In this document: positions 27,627-37,613 of the stretch, piece by piece
Layout of the letters: each line of letters begins with the position of its first letter
Position numbering within the stretch: position 1 is the stretch's first letter
IMG/VR virus record: IMGVR_UViG_3300042898_002099
Length of the DNA stretch: 64,000 bases
Strand: one strand, 5' to 3'
Source of the DNA: a virus
The notes under the pieces: model-generated
What the model was told of the DNA's origin: nothing
Seen by the model: only the letters and a program-made list of their open reading frames with translations
Database searches by the model: none
Position numbers and translations under genes: made by a program

Positions 27627-28214
27627 TTATAAAGGTTCTACTTCGAAAATAGTATATTTGAACGATGCTATCGCTGTAAAATATTCTACGCTTGCTGACG
27701 CAATATCAAAATCTAAGGCTTGTAGGGACACAGGGAATAGATTTTTAAATATTATATTTACTTTAGGCGTATTTGTCGAGTCGAGAATAGTCAAAGTACC
27801 ATCCGAGTATGCCAAAACTTCTTCTTTTCCGCTTGTTTTTGTAACAAACGGGAATCTGCTCGGCCTATTACTTGTAAATGTTTTGAATTGAGAATAATTG
27901 TCAGGGAATCCCAGAGCAATTAACCATCTATACATTTCCAAATAATTGGACATATCCTCAGCTATAATGAAACGAATTGTAAATTCACCGAAATTAATTT
28001 TATCACCTATTGTCGGCACATCGATAAAAGGTGTTGGTTGTGTAGCAAATCCTAATTGCAAGTCAGGGATGTTTGCTGATTGACAGGTAAAAGATGTCTT
28101 AGGCATGTCCTTAATACTAAACTTAAATGCGTTCGGTCTTAAGAAATCATTCGTCGTGGGTGTTGAATTTGTCCAACTATCTTTTACGACATCAATGTTT
28201 GCAGTATAAGCCAT
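27627..28214 (-). CDS. gp3: tail completion / tube terminator protein
   Basis: FLRPNAFKF, CQSANIP, FIIAEDMSNY, SDGTLTIL, F.NLFPVSL; position after gp23. Confidence 0.88.
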   Translation of the reverse strand: MAYTANIDVVKDSWTNSTPTTNDFLRPNAFKFSIKDMPKTSFTCQSANIPDLQLGFATQPTPFIDVPTIGDKINFGEFTIRFIIAEDMSNYLEMYRWLIALGFPDNYSQFKTFTSNRPSRFPFVTKTSGKEEVLAYSDGTLTILDSTNTPKVNIIFKNLFPVSLQALDFDIASASVEYFTAIASFKYTIFEVEPL

Positions 28215-28237
28215 CTGTTTCCTTTATGCTATCTATA

Positions 28238-28245
28238 TATTTATA
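28238..28245 (-). promoter_or_regulatory. T4-type late promoter for gp3
   Basis: TATAAATA on the minus strand. Confidence 0.8.
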
Positions 28246-28267
28246 GCCTGTAGTATGTGCAAAGATT

Positions 28268-28294
28268 AAAAAAGGGGGAATTACTTCCCCCTTT
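28268..28294 (-). terminator. rho-independent terminator after gp23
   Basis: AAAGGGGGAA-GTAA-TTCCCCCTTT followed by a T run. Confidence 0.88.
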
Positions 28295-28317
28295 AAATCC
28301 GATCTTCGCCGGCTTGA

Positions 28318-29604
28318 TTACATTAGGTTGATAACCCGTGTACGACGATAATACTGATTGCGGTTCGCAGTGAAATTCGATGCGTCAGAATCAGATAAGC
28401 TATCGCTAGATGTAACGTATGGGTTAGCAATTAAACCGTAACGTGTCTTGAAGCCAATCTTTGGCTGGAAGCTGTTAGGATCAATTGCACGAACCATTTG
28501 TAAAGGAACATATGGGCAGTAGAACATACCTGCGTCATATGGGCTAGAACCCTTATAACCAACCATGTAGAACTGATTTGCAGCGCCTAGGTTTGCAGAA
28601 TACGGATCAATGTACACACGGTAGCGTCCGTTTAGAACACCTGCGAATGTATTGCCTGTATCGTCAACATTTAAGTTTGTTGACAAAGCTGGAGTGTAGT
28701 CTAGAACACCAGACATAGCTAATGCACTTGCAACGTCTGCAGAGCAAACGATGAAGTTACCTTTACCACGACGTGTGTCTTGTGCAATGTGGTTAGCATC
28801 ACGTTCAATGTTGAACAATAGACCTTTGAAACGCTCTACAGACCAACGACCATTAGAATCAACGTCTAGGTCAAATGTGCCTGCTGTTGCTGTTCCTGGA
28901 GAACCAGGCTTAGCAACTTTGTAAATTGTACGAACAACTTCGCGATTAATTTCAAACATGAACTCTTGTGACAAGATGTTTGATAATTCTGCTTCTGCGT
29001 CAAGACCGTGAATTGCTTTCAAGTCTTGTGCCAATTCAACTGTATATTCAGCTTTCAATGCACGAGATTTAGCAGTAACAGTTGTCTTGTCAATAGAGAA
29101 AGACATTTCGCCGAAAGTATCTTGACCTTCCATTGAACCTGTTGTTGTAGCGTTACCAGTATTATATGTTCCAAATACTGGGTTGTTGCCTTCTGCATTT
29201 TGCATAGAGCTAGAGAAAGAAGTATTTGCTTCGTTGAACAATGCTTCTTTTCTTGTTGTTGTGTTGTTACGCTCTGCACCATAGATAGAACGCATTGCAA
29301 AGATCAAGCCTGTTGGGCCTGTCATTGGCTGTACACCGCAAATGTCATATGCCATTAGGTTAGGCATTGCACGACGTACTAAACCGATCATGATCGGGTC
29401 ATACTTGTCAATACCGCTAGTAGCAGAAATGTTGTTTGTTGGAGCTGTCTCAAACAATGCATTACGCTCTTCACGTAATGAACGCTCTTGGTTCTCTAAC
29501 AATACAGACGTAACTTGACGTTTGTAGTTGTCTTTAATTGGAGGAAGGTCTGGGTGATCCAGAATTGCTTCCCATTTCTTTTGGTAGTTTTCGGATAAAA
29601 ACAT
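28318..29604 (-). CDS. gp23: major capsid protein
   Basis: LVRRAMPNLMAYDICGVQPMTGPTGLIFAMRS, AKSRALKAEYTVELAQDLKAIHGLDAE, FQPKIGFKTRYG. Confidence 0.99.
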   Translation of the reverse strand: MFLSENYQKKWEAILDHPDLPPIKDNYKRQVTSVLLENQERSLREERNALFETAPTNNISATSGIDKYDPIMIGLVRRAMPNLMAYDICGVQPMTGPTGLIFAMRSIYGAERNNTTTRKEALFNEANTSFSSSMQNAEGNNPVFGTYNTGNATTTGSMEGQDTFGEMSFSIDKTTVTAKSRALKAEYTVELAQDLKAIHGLDAEAELSNILSQEFMFEINREVVRTIYKVAKPGSPGTATAGTFDLDVDSNGRWSVERFKGLLFNIERDANHIAQDTRRGKGNFIVCSADVASALAMSGVLDYTPALSTNLNVDDTGNTFAGVLNGRYRVYIDPYSANLGAANQFYMVGYKGSSPYDAGMFYCPYVPLQMVRAIDPNSFQPKIGFKTRYGLIANPYVTSSDSLSDSDASNFTANRNQYYRRTRVINLM

Positions 29605-29644
29605 TTATGTCTCCTTGTTGTGACTGTTTTAAATAACTTTTACT

Positions 29645-29652
29645 TATTTATA
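29645..29652 (-). promoter_or_regulatory. T4-type late promoter for gp23
   Basis: TATAAATA on the minus strand. Confidence 0.85.
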
Positions 29653-29654
29653 AG

Positions 29655-30791
29655 TTATTGTCTTTTGATTGTTCTTGATAAGGCATTTGCATAAGCTGAA
29701 ACAACATCGTTACTTTGCGTGAAGCTAGCTGGCGTGTCAGTCTCCTCTGTTAGCGCTTGCTTGGCTGTCTCTTTAATTACAGCGTCGCGTGGAAAATAAT
29801 TTTCCTTAATAACAGAAACTTTTTCTTTGTAGATTTCTTCATTCTCGAAATCAACACCTTCTAAAAGTTTTGTCAATTTATTTACTTCAGTATCTGCTAG
29901 ATCCTTAGCCATTTCCTTAATAATAAGTTTGCGCTTTAGTTCTGTTACTGATGTATTTAAGCCAACATTGTTTTCTACTTGGCCATTTAGGCTTTCTTCC
30001 AACTCTGTTACCTTAGCTTGCAATTCACCGATTACATCATATTTTTCCTCAGGCACTTCAATATAGTGTTCTTTGAAGAGCGCCTTAAGACCTGTCATAA
30101 AGTCTTCAGCAATTTCGCCGCGAAGACCATTTTCTACTGCCAATTTATTTTCTTCTATGTAATTTTCAACTACATAGTTAAGATATGCATCTACTTTTTC
30201 AACAATGCTTTCCTTGTATTCGAGGAATTCTTCAGCATATTTTTCTTCAAGTGATGCTGCAACTTTTTCCATTTCATTATTAACGCGAGCAATAACTGCT
30301 GCCTCAAAAATGGATGTTGCTTTTTGTCTAAAATCTTCTGAAAGTTCTTCACCGAAGATTGGAGAAAGATCGATAGGTTCAACTATTGATTCTTGTTCTT
30401 CTTCTGTTGTTTCTTCTTCAGATACAACTTCTGCAGATGCATCAGTTTCTTCATCTTCATGAATACCTGTGTTCTGCGGAATAGATGAAAGATCTTTTAC
30501 TGTTGTGAAGTTTGGTGCTGCACCAACAGGGCCCTTCATTGCAATAGTATTCTTAGAAATACCTTTTGCAGTAATGGCTCCTTGGTTCACATCCTTCTCA
30601 TCACGATCTTCGTGACTTGCAGATTCTGAATCACCCTGTTTAGGGTTTCCTGTATCGCCAGCATTAGCAGGCTTGATTGTGGAATCTTTTCCGCTAGTTG
30701 GAACCATTGGTCCTGCGCCCTCATTAACTTCCTGCGAAGTCTTAACAGAAACGCGTTCTAGCAATTCCTTAACTTTACTTTCTACTGACAT
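29655..30791 (-). CDS. gp22: prohead core scaffold protein
   Basis: LSEDFRQKATSIFEAAV, KVDAYLNYVVE, GLKALFKEHYIEVPEEK. Confidence 0.93.
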   Translation of the reverse strand: MSVESKVKELLERVSVKTSQEVNEGAGPMVPTSGKDSTIKPANAGDTGNPKQGDSESASHEDRDEKDVNQGAITAKGISKNTIAMKGPVGAAPNFTTVKDLSSIPQNTGIHEDEETDASAEVVSEEETTEEEQESIVEPIDLSPIFGEELSEDFRQKATSIFEAAVIARVNNEMEKVAASLEEKYAEEFLEYKESIVEKVDAYLNYVVENYIEENKLAVENGLRGEIAEDFMTGLKALFKEHYIEVPEEKYDVIGELQAKVTELEESLNGQVENNVGLNTSVTELKRKLIIKEMAKDLADTEVNKLTKLLEGVDFENEEIYKEKVSVIKENYFPRDAVIKETAKQALTEETDTPASFTQSNDVVSAYANALSRTIKRQ

Positions 30792-30826
30792 TAGAGTCTC
30801 CTAAATGTATGAATGTTCTCAATCTA

Positions 30827-30834
30827 TATTTATA
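30827..30834 (-). promoter_or_regulatory. T4-type late promoter for gp22
   Basis: TATAAATA on the minus strand. Confidence 0.82.
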
Positions 30835-30841
30835 AGTTTTA

Positions 30842-31492
30842 TTACCTAGACAATTGATTGACGAATTGTTCAAAAATTTGTAATTTAACTTCGTCTAAAT
30901 TCTTAGCTGAAGTCTTCCTTATTTGCTTTTGTGCATTTTCAATTTGTATTGCTTTCCACACGCCATTTTCAAGAATCCACTCCGCAGATTCCATGATTCC
31001 TTGAACAAAGGCGTCTGGGGCAGATGGGTCAGCAACAATGTCAACAGTTGCAAGGTGAAAATCACCTTGTACTTCGTTGATTCCTTCGGAGTTCATTTTT
31101 AACGATCCTAAACCTCTTGTGGATACGCCTAGTTGAACTTCATTTTCTATTAAATTCTTTGCTATAATTCCCATAGGTGTGTCCAATATTTTGGCTCTAC
31201 CTATAACATCATTACCTTCCATCTTTAGGCTAGTAATTAGATGGGAAACCTGATGTAAGTTAATTGAAGGATTCTCAGGATGACCTAGCTCTCCTAAAGA
31301 ACGCTTTTGTCCAATAAGCTCTTGATACTTTTGGACTTCGCGTTCCATGATACCTCTACCATAAGAACGATTGTTTCTATTTGGTTTTTCAGCTTGAGCA
31401 AAGATACCTTCAATAAAGATATTTTTTCCGCCACCTTGTTTGTCTTCTACAAGGTAGTGTAAATCTTGTGCAACTTCTTTAATTAATCTCAT
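30842..31492 (-). CDS. gp21: prohead protease
   Basis: IEGIFAQAE..NRN.R.Y, LGELGHP, GVSTRGLGSL, DIVADPSAPDAFV. Confidence 0.97.
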   Translation of the reverse strand: MRLIKEVAQDLHYLVEDKQGGGKNIFIEGIFAQAEKPNRNNRSYGRGIMEREVQKYQELIGQKRSLGELGHPENPSINLHQVSHLITSLKMEGNDVIGRAKILDTPMGIIAKNLIENEVQLGVSTRGLGSLKMNSEGINEVQGDFHLATVDIVADPSAPDAFVQGIMESAEWILENGVWKAIQIENAQKQIRKTSAKNLDEVKLQIFEQFVNQLSR

Positions 31493-31504
31493 ATTAGTTC
31501 CTAA

Positions 31505-31906
31505 TTATCTCTTAGTCTGTTGGTCTGGCTCAATAAAACCAGCAGGCTTAGATATGTGTAAATACATTGTACTATTTGCAGGCATTGTAACTGTAATATT
31601 TGCACTATTATTTGAGGTATCAACAAAGCCAAACATCTGCGATGTTGACCAATTGTCATTGCCATTTAATATCATTACCGTTGAATTATTACGAGTGATA
31701 ACAATTGGAAATGCGCCAGGCGTAGTCCACATCATACCAGTAATATTCATTTGTATATTTGGTAGATCTAAAGTTTCATCTGCTAATTTTAAATCAAACG
31801 GCGTAATGTTTGCCGTTCCATCAGATGTACCTGCAGAACGATCGCCTACAATTTTTACAACTGCTTGTTGTCTTACCTTTTTAAGGACTGTACGAATTAC
31901 TGGCAT
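31505..31906 (-). CDS. hypothetical head-region protein
   Basis: Beta-rich 133 aa ORF immediately upstream of gp21. Confidence 0.65.
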   Translation of the reverse strand: MPVIRTVLKKVRQQAVVKIVGDRSAGTSDGTANITPFDLKLADETLDLPNIQMNITGMMWTTPGAFPIVITRNNSTVMILNGNDNWSTSQMFGFVDTSNNSANITVTMPANSTMYLHISKPAGFIEPDQQTKR

Positions 31907-31923
31907 CTTAATATCCTATTATT

Positions 31924-32517
31924 TTATTCTTTACTAACACTTGACGCATGATGTTTAGAAAGCTGGAATGTAAATTTTCCACCTTGAACTGGCTGACCAG
32001 TATGAATAGCCTGGTGCTTAACATCTGTACCGTGAATAGCATTAGCAACAGAAAGATTGGCGTGTGTGTGAATATTGCCATCTGAGTCTTTTGTAACAAC
32101 AAGCGGGTCTTCATGTGTTGTTTCAACTTCTTCATTTACATCTTTATTCGATTGCATATAATCTCTAACTGTTGATATATAATCAGCACTTAAAGTAATT
32201 TTACTCTGTACCCATTCTGCAAGGTTAGTATTATCTTCTAACATATCATGCACTGTCTGAGCATTGGCAATAATAGATCTCAGTTGAGACTTGGCCATAT
32301 CGCCTTCATAGTCATACTCACGAGAATCTTTTGCCTCATTGGTTTTCTTTGCACCATAAGATGCGCCCAACGCCATACGAATACGTTCTTTTTTAGACTT
32401 ACCGGCAAATTTAGGATTATCCGAATGGACAAAATCGCTAATATATTTGCCCGCAGGATCAGAAGCCTTTAGTTTTTCTTCTAAAGTTTCTTCTCTGATA
32501 CTATTAAACGTTTTCAT
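31924..32517 (-). CDS. putative prohead core/internal protein
   Basis: Starts MKTF...EE; modules separated by EE/NE, like gp21-cleaved internal proteins; located between gp20 and gp21. Confidence 0.55.
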   Translation of the reverse strand: MKTFNSIREETLEEKLKASDPAGKYISDFVHSDNPKFAGKSKKERIRMALGASYGAKKTNEAKDSREYDYEGDMAKSQLRSIIANAQTVHDMLEDNTNLAEWVQSKITLSADYISTVRDYMQSNKDVNEEVETTHEDPLVVTKDSDGNIHTHANLSVANAIHGTDVKHQAIHTGQPVQGGKFTFQLSKHHASSVSKE

Positions 32518-32695
32518 TTTCTTGTTCTTCTACGTCTATTGTAGTTTTACCTATAGCTGATGCAATCTCTACTTTTCTAACATCAAGGGCATCAGAAATT
32601 TTATTTGCCATTGCTGTATTAAAATCTTGTAAAGCGTCAGCCTGCTTGTTGTTGATAATATTATCAATCATATTTTGAATAACTGCGGATTCCAT
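32504..32695 (-). CDS. prohead core protein (gp67-like)
   Basis: Small acidic helical protein directly after portal: F..AMANKISDALD..K.EIA. Confidence 0.7.
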   Translation of the reverse strand: MESAVIQNMIDNIINNKQADALQDFNTAMANKISDALDVRKVEIASAIGKTTIDVEEQENENV

Positions 32696-32704
32696 ACTTT
32701 TTCC

Positions 32705-34261
32705 TTACTGTGAATTATTTATAGGTTCTTGTCCCGGAGGTAATTGGCCTGGGGGCATGCCCGGCATTCCAATTTGCGGCGGAGGACCTTCATCTTCAAT
32801 TTGTGTCTTCATTTCTTGAATCTCTTTGTCAGACATTCTTAAAATATTTTTCATTACATAATCTTGACTGTAATATGCGCCTACAAAGGGCTGAACTTGA
32901 TTCAATAAATCTATACGATTTCTTAAATTCTCAGCATTTTTCATTTCTTCAAAATACTGATCTTGTGCATATCTATATTGAATGTCATCTTTAATAACAT
33001 TCCAGTCTTTATCTGTTAGAACACCTTTTAAAATTAATTGTGTTCTTAACAAATCGCCAAATATTTCATTAAACTTTTTGCGTAATCTACCAACAAATTT
33101 GGCAAATTTTAATTCGTCTCTTGTTATCTCTGTTGCTCTACCAAAAGAAATACCAGTTTGCGGTTGCATTCTAGAAAGCGGAACATTTAATGCTTGATAT
33201 AATTTACCTTGGAAGTAATTAATATCTTCAATCTGTCCCAAATTTTCGCCGCCAGGTAATGTAGTAATCTCAGTACCTCTGCCGCCTTCTCTTCTTGGCA
33301 ACCAAAAATCTTCTAACATAGACATCATTTTACGATCATCTCGTATCTCGCCAGTATTAGAATCATAAACGATCTTATTACGATAACGAGCCATAATATC
33401 TTTTAAATATTGTTCAGCTTTCAATTTAGGCAAATTGCCCACATCAATATAAAATATTCTTCTTTCAGGTGCTCTAGCCAATCTATAGATTACTAAGGCA
33501 TCTTCCATCATCTTTAACTGATTCACAGGTTTAATGGCTTTATGTAAGTGACTTAACACTACATTTTTATCCAAATCCATAATCCCAGAAGGTACAAATG
33601 TTATTGCATCTGTTGATATCTTAATACCTTGCGTTGGGTTATTTGCAGTATAACCCGGATTATACGTAATACCTTTTTCATTATATAAGAAAAATTCTTC
33701 TACTGATTTGATAATATCAACACCAGTCTTTTGATCTTTCTCTTTTTTAACTTCTCTAATCTTTTTAATTTTTCTAGGATCTATAATTAGTGTTTCCAAA
33801 ATACCACGTTTTGGATTGCTAGTGTCTATAATCTTCTGAAAATAAATTCTTCCATCGATATACCATCTACGAAAATAATCAAATCCTCTAGTATCAAATT
33901 CAATCAATTTGTAAATCACTTCAAATTCTTTAATGATACTATCTTTAATATCTTGAGGAATCTTTGATTGATCCAAATTAATTTGTACTAATGCTTCATC
34001 ATCAACTGCTGCAATGGCCTCAGTTAAAATTTCATCAATAGCTGCGGATGTATCTGAATACATTGCCGCTTCACGATATCGTGTAATAAGTTCATACTCA
34101 GATTTCGCAGTCGCATCTAGATCAACGTATGTGCCAAAATGCCCACCCGCTTGTACTGTTGATGCACCGTCGTCAGAAACAGGAGTAGCGAAACCTTGCA
34201 GTTTACGATCTATCTCATCTTCCTCACGACTAATATTAAAACCAAATAATTTAATTGCCAT
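32705..34261 (-). CDS. gp20: portal protein
   Basis: RRWYIDGRI, KPVNQLKMMEDALVIYRLARAPERRIFYIDVGNLPK, EDFWLPRREGGRGTEITTLPGG. Confidence 0.98.
   Translation of the reverse strand: MAIKLFGFNISREEDEIDRKLQGFATPVSDDGASTVQAGGHFGTYVDLDATAKSEYELITRYREAAMYSDTSAAIDEILTEAIAAVDDEALVQINLDQSKIPQDIKDSIIKEFEVIYKLIEFDTRGFDYFRRWYIDGRIYFQKIIDTSNPKRGILETLIIDPRKIKKIREVKKEKDQKTGVDIIKSVEEFFLYNEKGITYNPGYTANNPTQGIKISTDAITFVPSGIMDLDKNVVLSHLHKAIKPVNQLKMMEDALVIYRLARAPERRIFYIDVGNLPKLKAEQYLKDIMARYRNKIVYDSNTGEIRDDRKMMSMLEDFWLPRREGGRGTEITTLPGGENLGQIEDINYFQGKLYQALNVPLSRMQPQTGISFGRATEITRDELKFAKFVGRLRKKFNEIFGDLLRTQLILKGVLTDKDWNVIKDDIQYRYAQDQYFEEMKNAENLRNRIDLLNQVQPFVGAYYSQDYVMKNILRMSDKEIQEMKTQIEDEGPPPQIGMPGMPPGQLPPGQEPINNSQ
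32716..32723 (-). promoter_or_regulatory. T4-type late promoter within the gp20 3' end, for the prohead genes
   Basis: TATAAATA about 20 nt upstream of the ATG at 32695. Confidence 0.7.
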
Positions 34262-34282
34262 AATTTAATTCACTTTATATGA

Positions 34283-34858
34283 TTAAGCCAAAGTTGTAAT
34301 AGCGTCTACCAATTGTTGTGCTGGATTATTAGAGAATTCAAAAGTTTGATACTGGAAAGATACCGAGAATGTCGATAACTGATCGTTGCTACCAAAGTCT
34401 AAACCAACTGCTCCCAACTCAACTGGGAAGGCGCCTATTAATTTATATTGTTTCAGAACTGAACCATTACGATCCAATTGAGAAATAAACATATCTGTTT
34501 GATACTGAGCAGGCTGTAATGCACCTGTTTTATTTCCGAGATTTTCCATTCCGTTCATCCATTGTTCTATTGCGGATCTAATAGTAAATCCGGAATCATT
34601 TAGAACTGTACATTGGAACGGTGCAAATTCTCTGTCGCCAGCCATCTTAATTAGACGTCCTCTGTAATATACTGGAGCAACACCAATTGTTTGTCCTGGT
34701 AATTCAGCCACACTAATTAAAAATGGGGACTTTGTCACAGCCGCCGCTCGACCTGTGACATAGTTTGGAAATGTCAACTGAACCGCAAACTGATTGGGAC
34801 GAGCCCCACCGTTTGTTAGTTCGGATTTAAATCTCTCTACATTAAATGGTATTGCCAT
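34283..34858 (-). CDS. gp19: tail tube protein
   Basis: GGARPNQF, YRGRLIKMAGDREF, QLDRNG, GAFP. Confidence 0.95.
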   Translation of the reverse strand: MAIPFNVERFKSELTNGGARPNQFAVQLTFPNYVTGRAAAVTKSPFLISVAELPGQTIGVAPVYYRGRLIKMAGDREFAPFQCTVLNDSGFTIRSAIEQWMNGMENLGNKTGALQPAQYQTDMFISQLDRNGSVLKQYKLIGAFPVELGAVGLDFGSNDQLSTFSVSFQYQTFEFSNNPAQQLVDAITTLA

Positions 34859-34873
34859 TTCTTATACTCCTAA

Positions 34874-37543
34874 TTAGGCGCCGACTTCTTCAAACGACAC
34901 GCCACTTCTTGTAGCTACAAAATTCAACTGAATAAAGTTGATTGCTCTTGCAGGCTTGATGAATATGTCTGCAACAAATTCATTACGGTCTACAACCGAT
35001 CCTGGATTATTTGTGTCATCACATATTACTCTAAAGTCTGTAATACCACGACGACCTTGCACATCTCTTAAGAATGGTTCAACAAGATTTCTAAATTGAG
35101 CTCTTGTAAACGGATCATTAAATTCAAATAATTGGAATTTAGATGCTGTAGAAATTGCTTTTTCTAATACGATAAACAATCTACGAACATTGATACGATC
35201 AAATGCACTTGGTCTTGCTAATAGAGTTTTATCTCCAAATAACAATGTTCCTTGTCCAGGGAATGTTACTACTGGGTTAATACCTTTCTTGTACAGATCA
35301 TCTCTGTCTGTCTTAGTAGGTGAGAAAGCCAATTTAACAACATTCTTAATAACGCCTCTGTTATAGCCTGCAGGAGAGAACCAAGGATCAGCAATGTAAT
35401 CTGTTCTTGCAGCTAAGCCTGCGACGTCACCATTTAATGGAACATATCGATATTTATCATTGTAACGATCGTACTGATATTTCCAACCTGAATCCAATAC
35501 CGCAAATGAGGAACTTGTTAAGGTATCTCTGTATGCTGCAATTTTGCTTGCTTGGTTCGTAGTATTAACTACATCTACATATGGAGGAGATACAAATACT
35601 ACACAATCTCTTCTTGCTTCAGCAATACCAATAACAGTATTAACTACACCAACATTTGTCGTTGGTCCCATTGGAATTAAGCTTACATCAAACAATTCGT
35701 CATTACTAAACAATTCATATCCGGCTTGGACATTTCCTGCAGAAACAGATGAGCCTGTTACACCGCCGGTTAATGTAGTTGTAATATTTGCAGTTAATGT
35801 TGCAAATGTTTTAGCCGAACCTGTTGTTCCCCAATTTGTTCCTGCTATTGGGTGATCCAACCAACTAATATATCTAGATTGATTGTTAATCACATCTTTG
35901 TAATAGTTTGTAGAATTGTCAGAATTTTTAGCGTCTGATGCTTTAGAAATATATGAGAATTTTTCAAGTACTGTACCAGCAGTACCTGTCCAATTTCCAG
36001 TTGCATCTAGAACAATTACGTGTAATTCATCTGCAGAACCATTTCTAGCAGAAACCCAAGCCGATGTGCCTGGAGCAGAATTGAATTGGTTGGCATATTG
36101 CCAGCCTGCGAATGTATTGGAATCAGCAACCGATACTTTTAATGAATTTCCCAATGTTCCTGGATATTTAGCAATAAATTCGCCATATCCAAATCCGCCT
36201 GTGCTATATTCGCTATCATATACATCAGAGTTTTCAATTAATAATGCGTCAAAAGATACAGTTGCGTTACCCGTTGCGGTAATATTTTGCGAATCTACAA
36301 TAGTAACTGTTGGTACCGATGTATATCCGGCGCCTGCATTTGTTATAGTAATACTAGAAAGCGTACGTCCGACAGATGCTACAGCTGCCGCATTACTACT
36401 AATAAAATTAGAGTCTCCTAATACTGGAGTAATAATTACATTAGGTCTTGTTACGTATCCAGAACCACCGTTTGTTACGATAATTGAATCAATTAGTGCT
36501 TCTATTCTAGCAGTTGCGTTAGCAGTTGCACCACCTAAAAGATTATTTTTATTAATAACAACATTAGGAGTAAACGTATAACCACCAGCACCAGGATTAA
36601 TGATGTTGATACTGTTAATAATACCGTATCCTAAATTGGCTGTTAAAACAGCACTAGTACCAGTGTTACCATCTAAACGAGTTAAAACAATATTAGGTGC
36701 GGCCAAATAGCCGTTACCATTATTTGTAATTGTATAACCTGTAATAATATTACCTGTAATAATAGGATATGCTGTTGCTTGTCTACCACCAGGAACTAAT
36801 ACACCACCAGAAATTGAAATATTACATGCTGTGTTTGCAGGTCCAAAGTTTGAACCTGGATTTGATATTTGAATATCTTTTAAACTAAAGTGTATTACTA
36901 AATTTGCGCTGGCGCTTGTTGAATCTTGATTTTGAATAACTACATTAGATAAACTATTATAGTTATTTCCTACGTCTTGAACATTTATAGCTCCAATTCC
37001 ACCCGATCCCAAAACAGCAGTTGCAGTTGCTCCAGAACCACTACCACCCTCGAAAGTAACTGTTGGTACGGCAGAATATCCAAAACCAGAAGTCGATAAA
37101 TTAATTTCACTAATTCTACCAGTTGTTGATAATACTGCATTGCCTAATGCTCTTGTACCATTAGTAGGTGCTGCAAATGTAACTGTCACGTCTGCAGCTG
37201 ATATAAATGTATTTGGTGTATTGGTAATTGTTACGCCAGAAACTCTACCAGAAGGTGTAGAAACTGCGTTTCTTGCAACAGATTTATCTGCTACTCTGAC
37301 TAATTTTAAATTATTTCCATATGATAAAAAGTTTGCCGCTGTGAAAAAATAACCTGCAGTATCATCATTTGGATTACCAAATTGTTCTACAAGATTTCTT
37401 TCCGTGTCTACGGTTGTAACTTTTTCGACCGGTCCCCATTGAAAGGCTCCCGAAAATGCTCCAGCAGAAGTTGCTACCGCGGGAACAACCGTACTTTTAT
37501 CTTCCTCGGTAACTAAAACGCCAGGTGAAAGCTGAAATGCCAT
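34874..37543 (-). CDS. gp18: tail sheath protein with large repeat insertion
   Basis: SPGVLVTEED, FQWGP, AANFLSYG, PWFSPAGYNRG, FDRINVRRLF, IKPARAINFIQLNF. Confidence 0.97.
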   Translation of the reverse strand: MAFQLSPGVLVTEEDKSTVVPAVATSAGAFSGAFQWGPVEKVTTVDTERNLVEQFGNPNDDTAGYFFTAANFLSYGNNLKLVRVADKSVARNAVSTPSGRVSGVTITNTPNTFISAADVTVTFAAPTNGTRALGNAVLSTTGRISEINLSTSGFGYSAVPTVTFEGGSGSGATATAVLGSGGIGAINVQDVGNNYNSLSNVVIQNQDSTSASANLVIHFSLKDIQISNPGSNFGPANTACNISISGGVLVPGGRQATAYPIITGNIITGYTITNNGNGYLAAPNIVLTRLDGNTGTSAVLTANLGYGIINSINIINPGAGGYTFTPNVVINKNNLLGGATANATARIEALIDSIIVTNGGSGYVTRPNVIITPVLGDSNFISSNAAAVASVGRTLSSITITNAGAGYTSVPTVTIVDSQNITATGNATVSFDALLIENSDVYDSEYSTGGFGYGEFIAKYPGTLGNSLKVSVADSNTFAGWQYANQFNSAPGTSAWVSARNGSADELHVIVLDATGNWTGTAGTVLEKFSYISKASDAKNSDNSTNYYKDVINNQSRYISWLDHPIAGTNWGTTGSAKTFATLTANITTTLTGGVTGSSVSAGNVQAGYELFSNDELFDVSLIPMGPTTNVGVVNTVIGIAEARRDCVVFVSPPYVDVVNTTNQASKIAAYRDTLTSSSFAVLDSGWKYQYDRYNDKYRYVPLNGDVAGLAARTDYIADPWFSPAGYNRGVIKNVVKLAFSPTKTDRDDLYKKGINPVVTFPGQGTLLFGDKTLLARPSAFDRINVRRLFIVLEKAISTASKFQLFEFNDPFTRAQFRNLVEPFLRDVQGRRGITDFRVICDDTNNPGSVVDRNEFVADIFIKPARAINFIQLNFVATRSGVSFEEVGA

Positions 37544-37594
37544 CTTCTTCTCCTTGATAATTTTATAGATAGCTCTATAATATGATTTTCTATT

Positions 37595-37602
37595 TATTTA
37601 TA
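37595..37602 (-). promoter_or_regulatory. T4-type late promoter for gp18
   Basis: TATAAATA on the minus strand. Confidence 0.82.
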
Positions 37603-37613
37603 AGTATGTTCAT

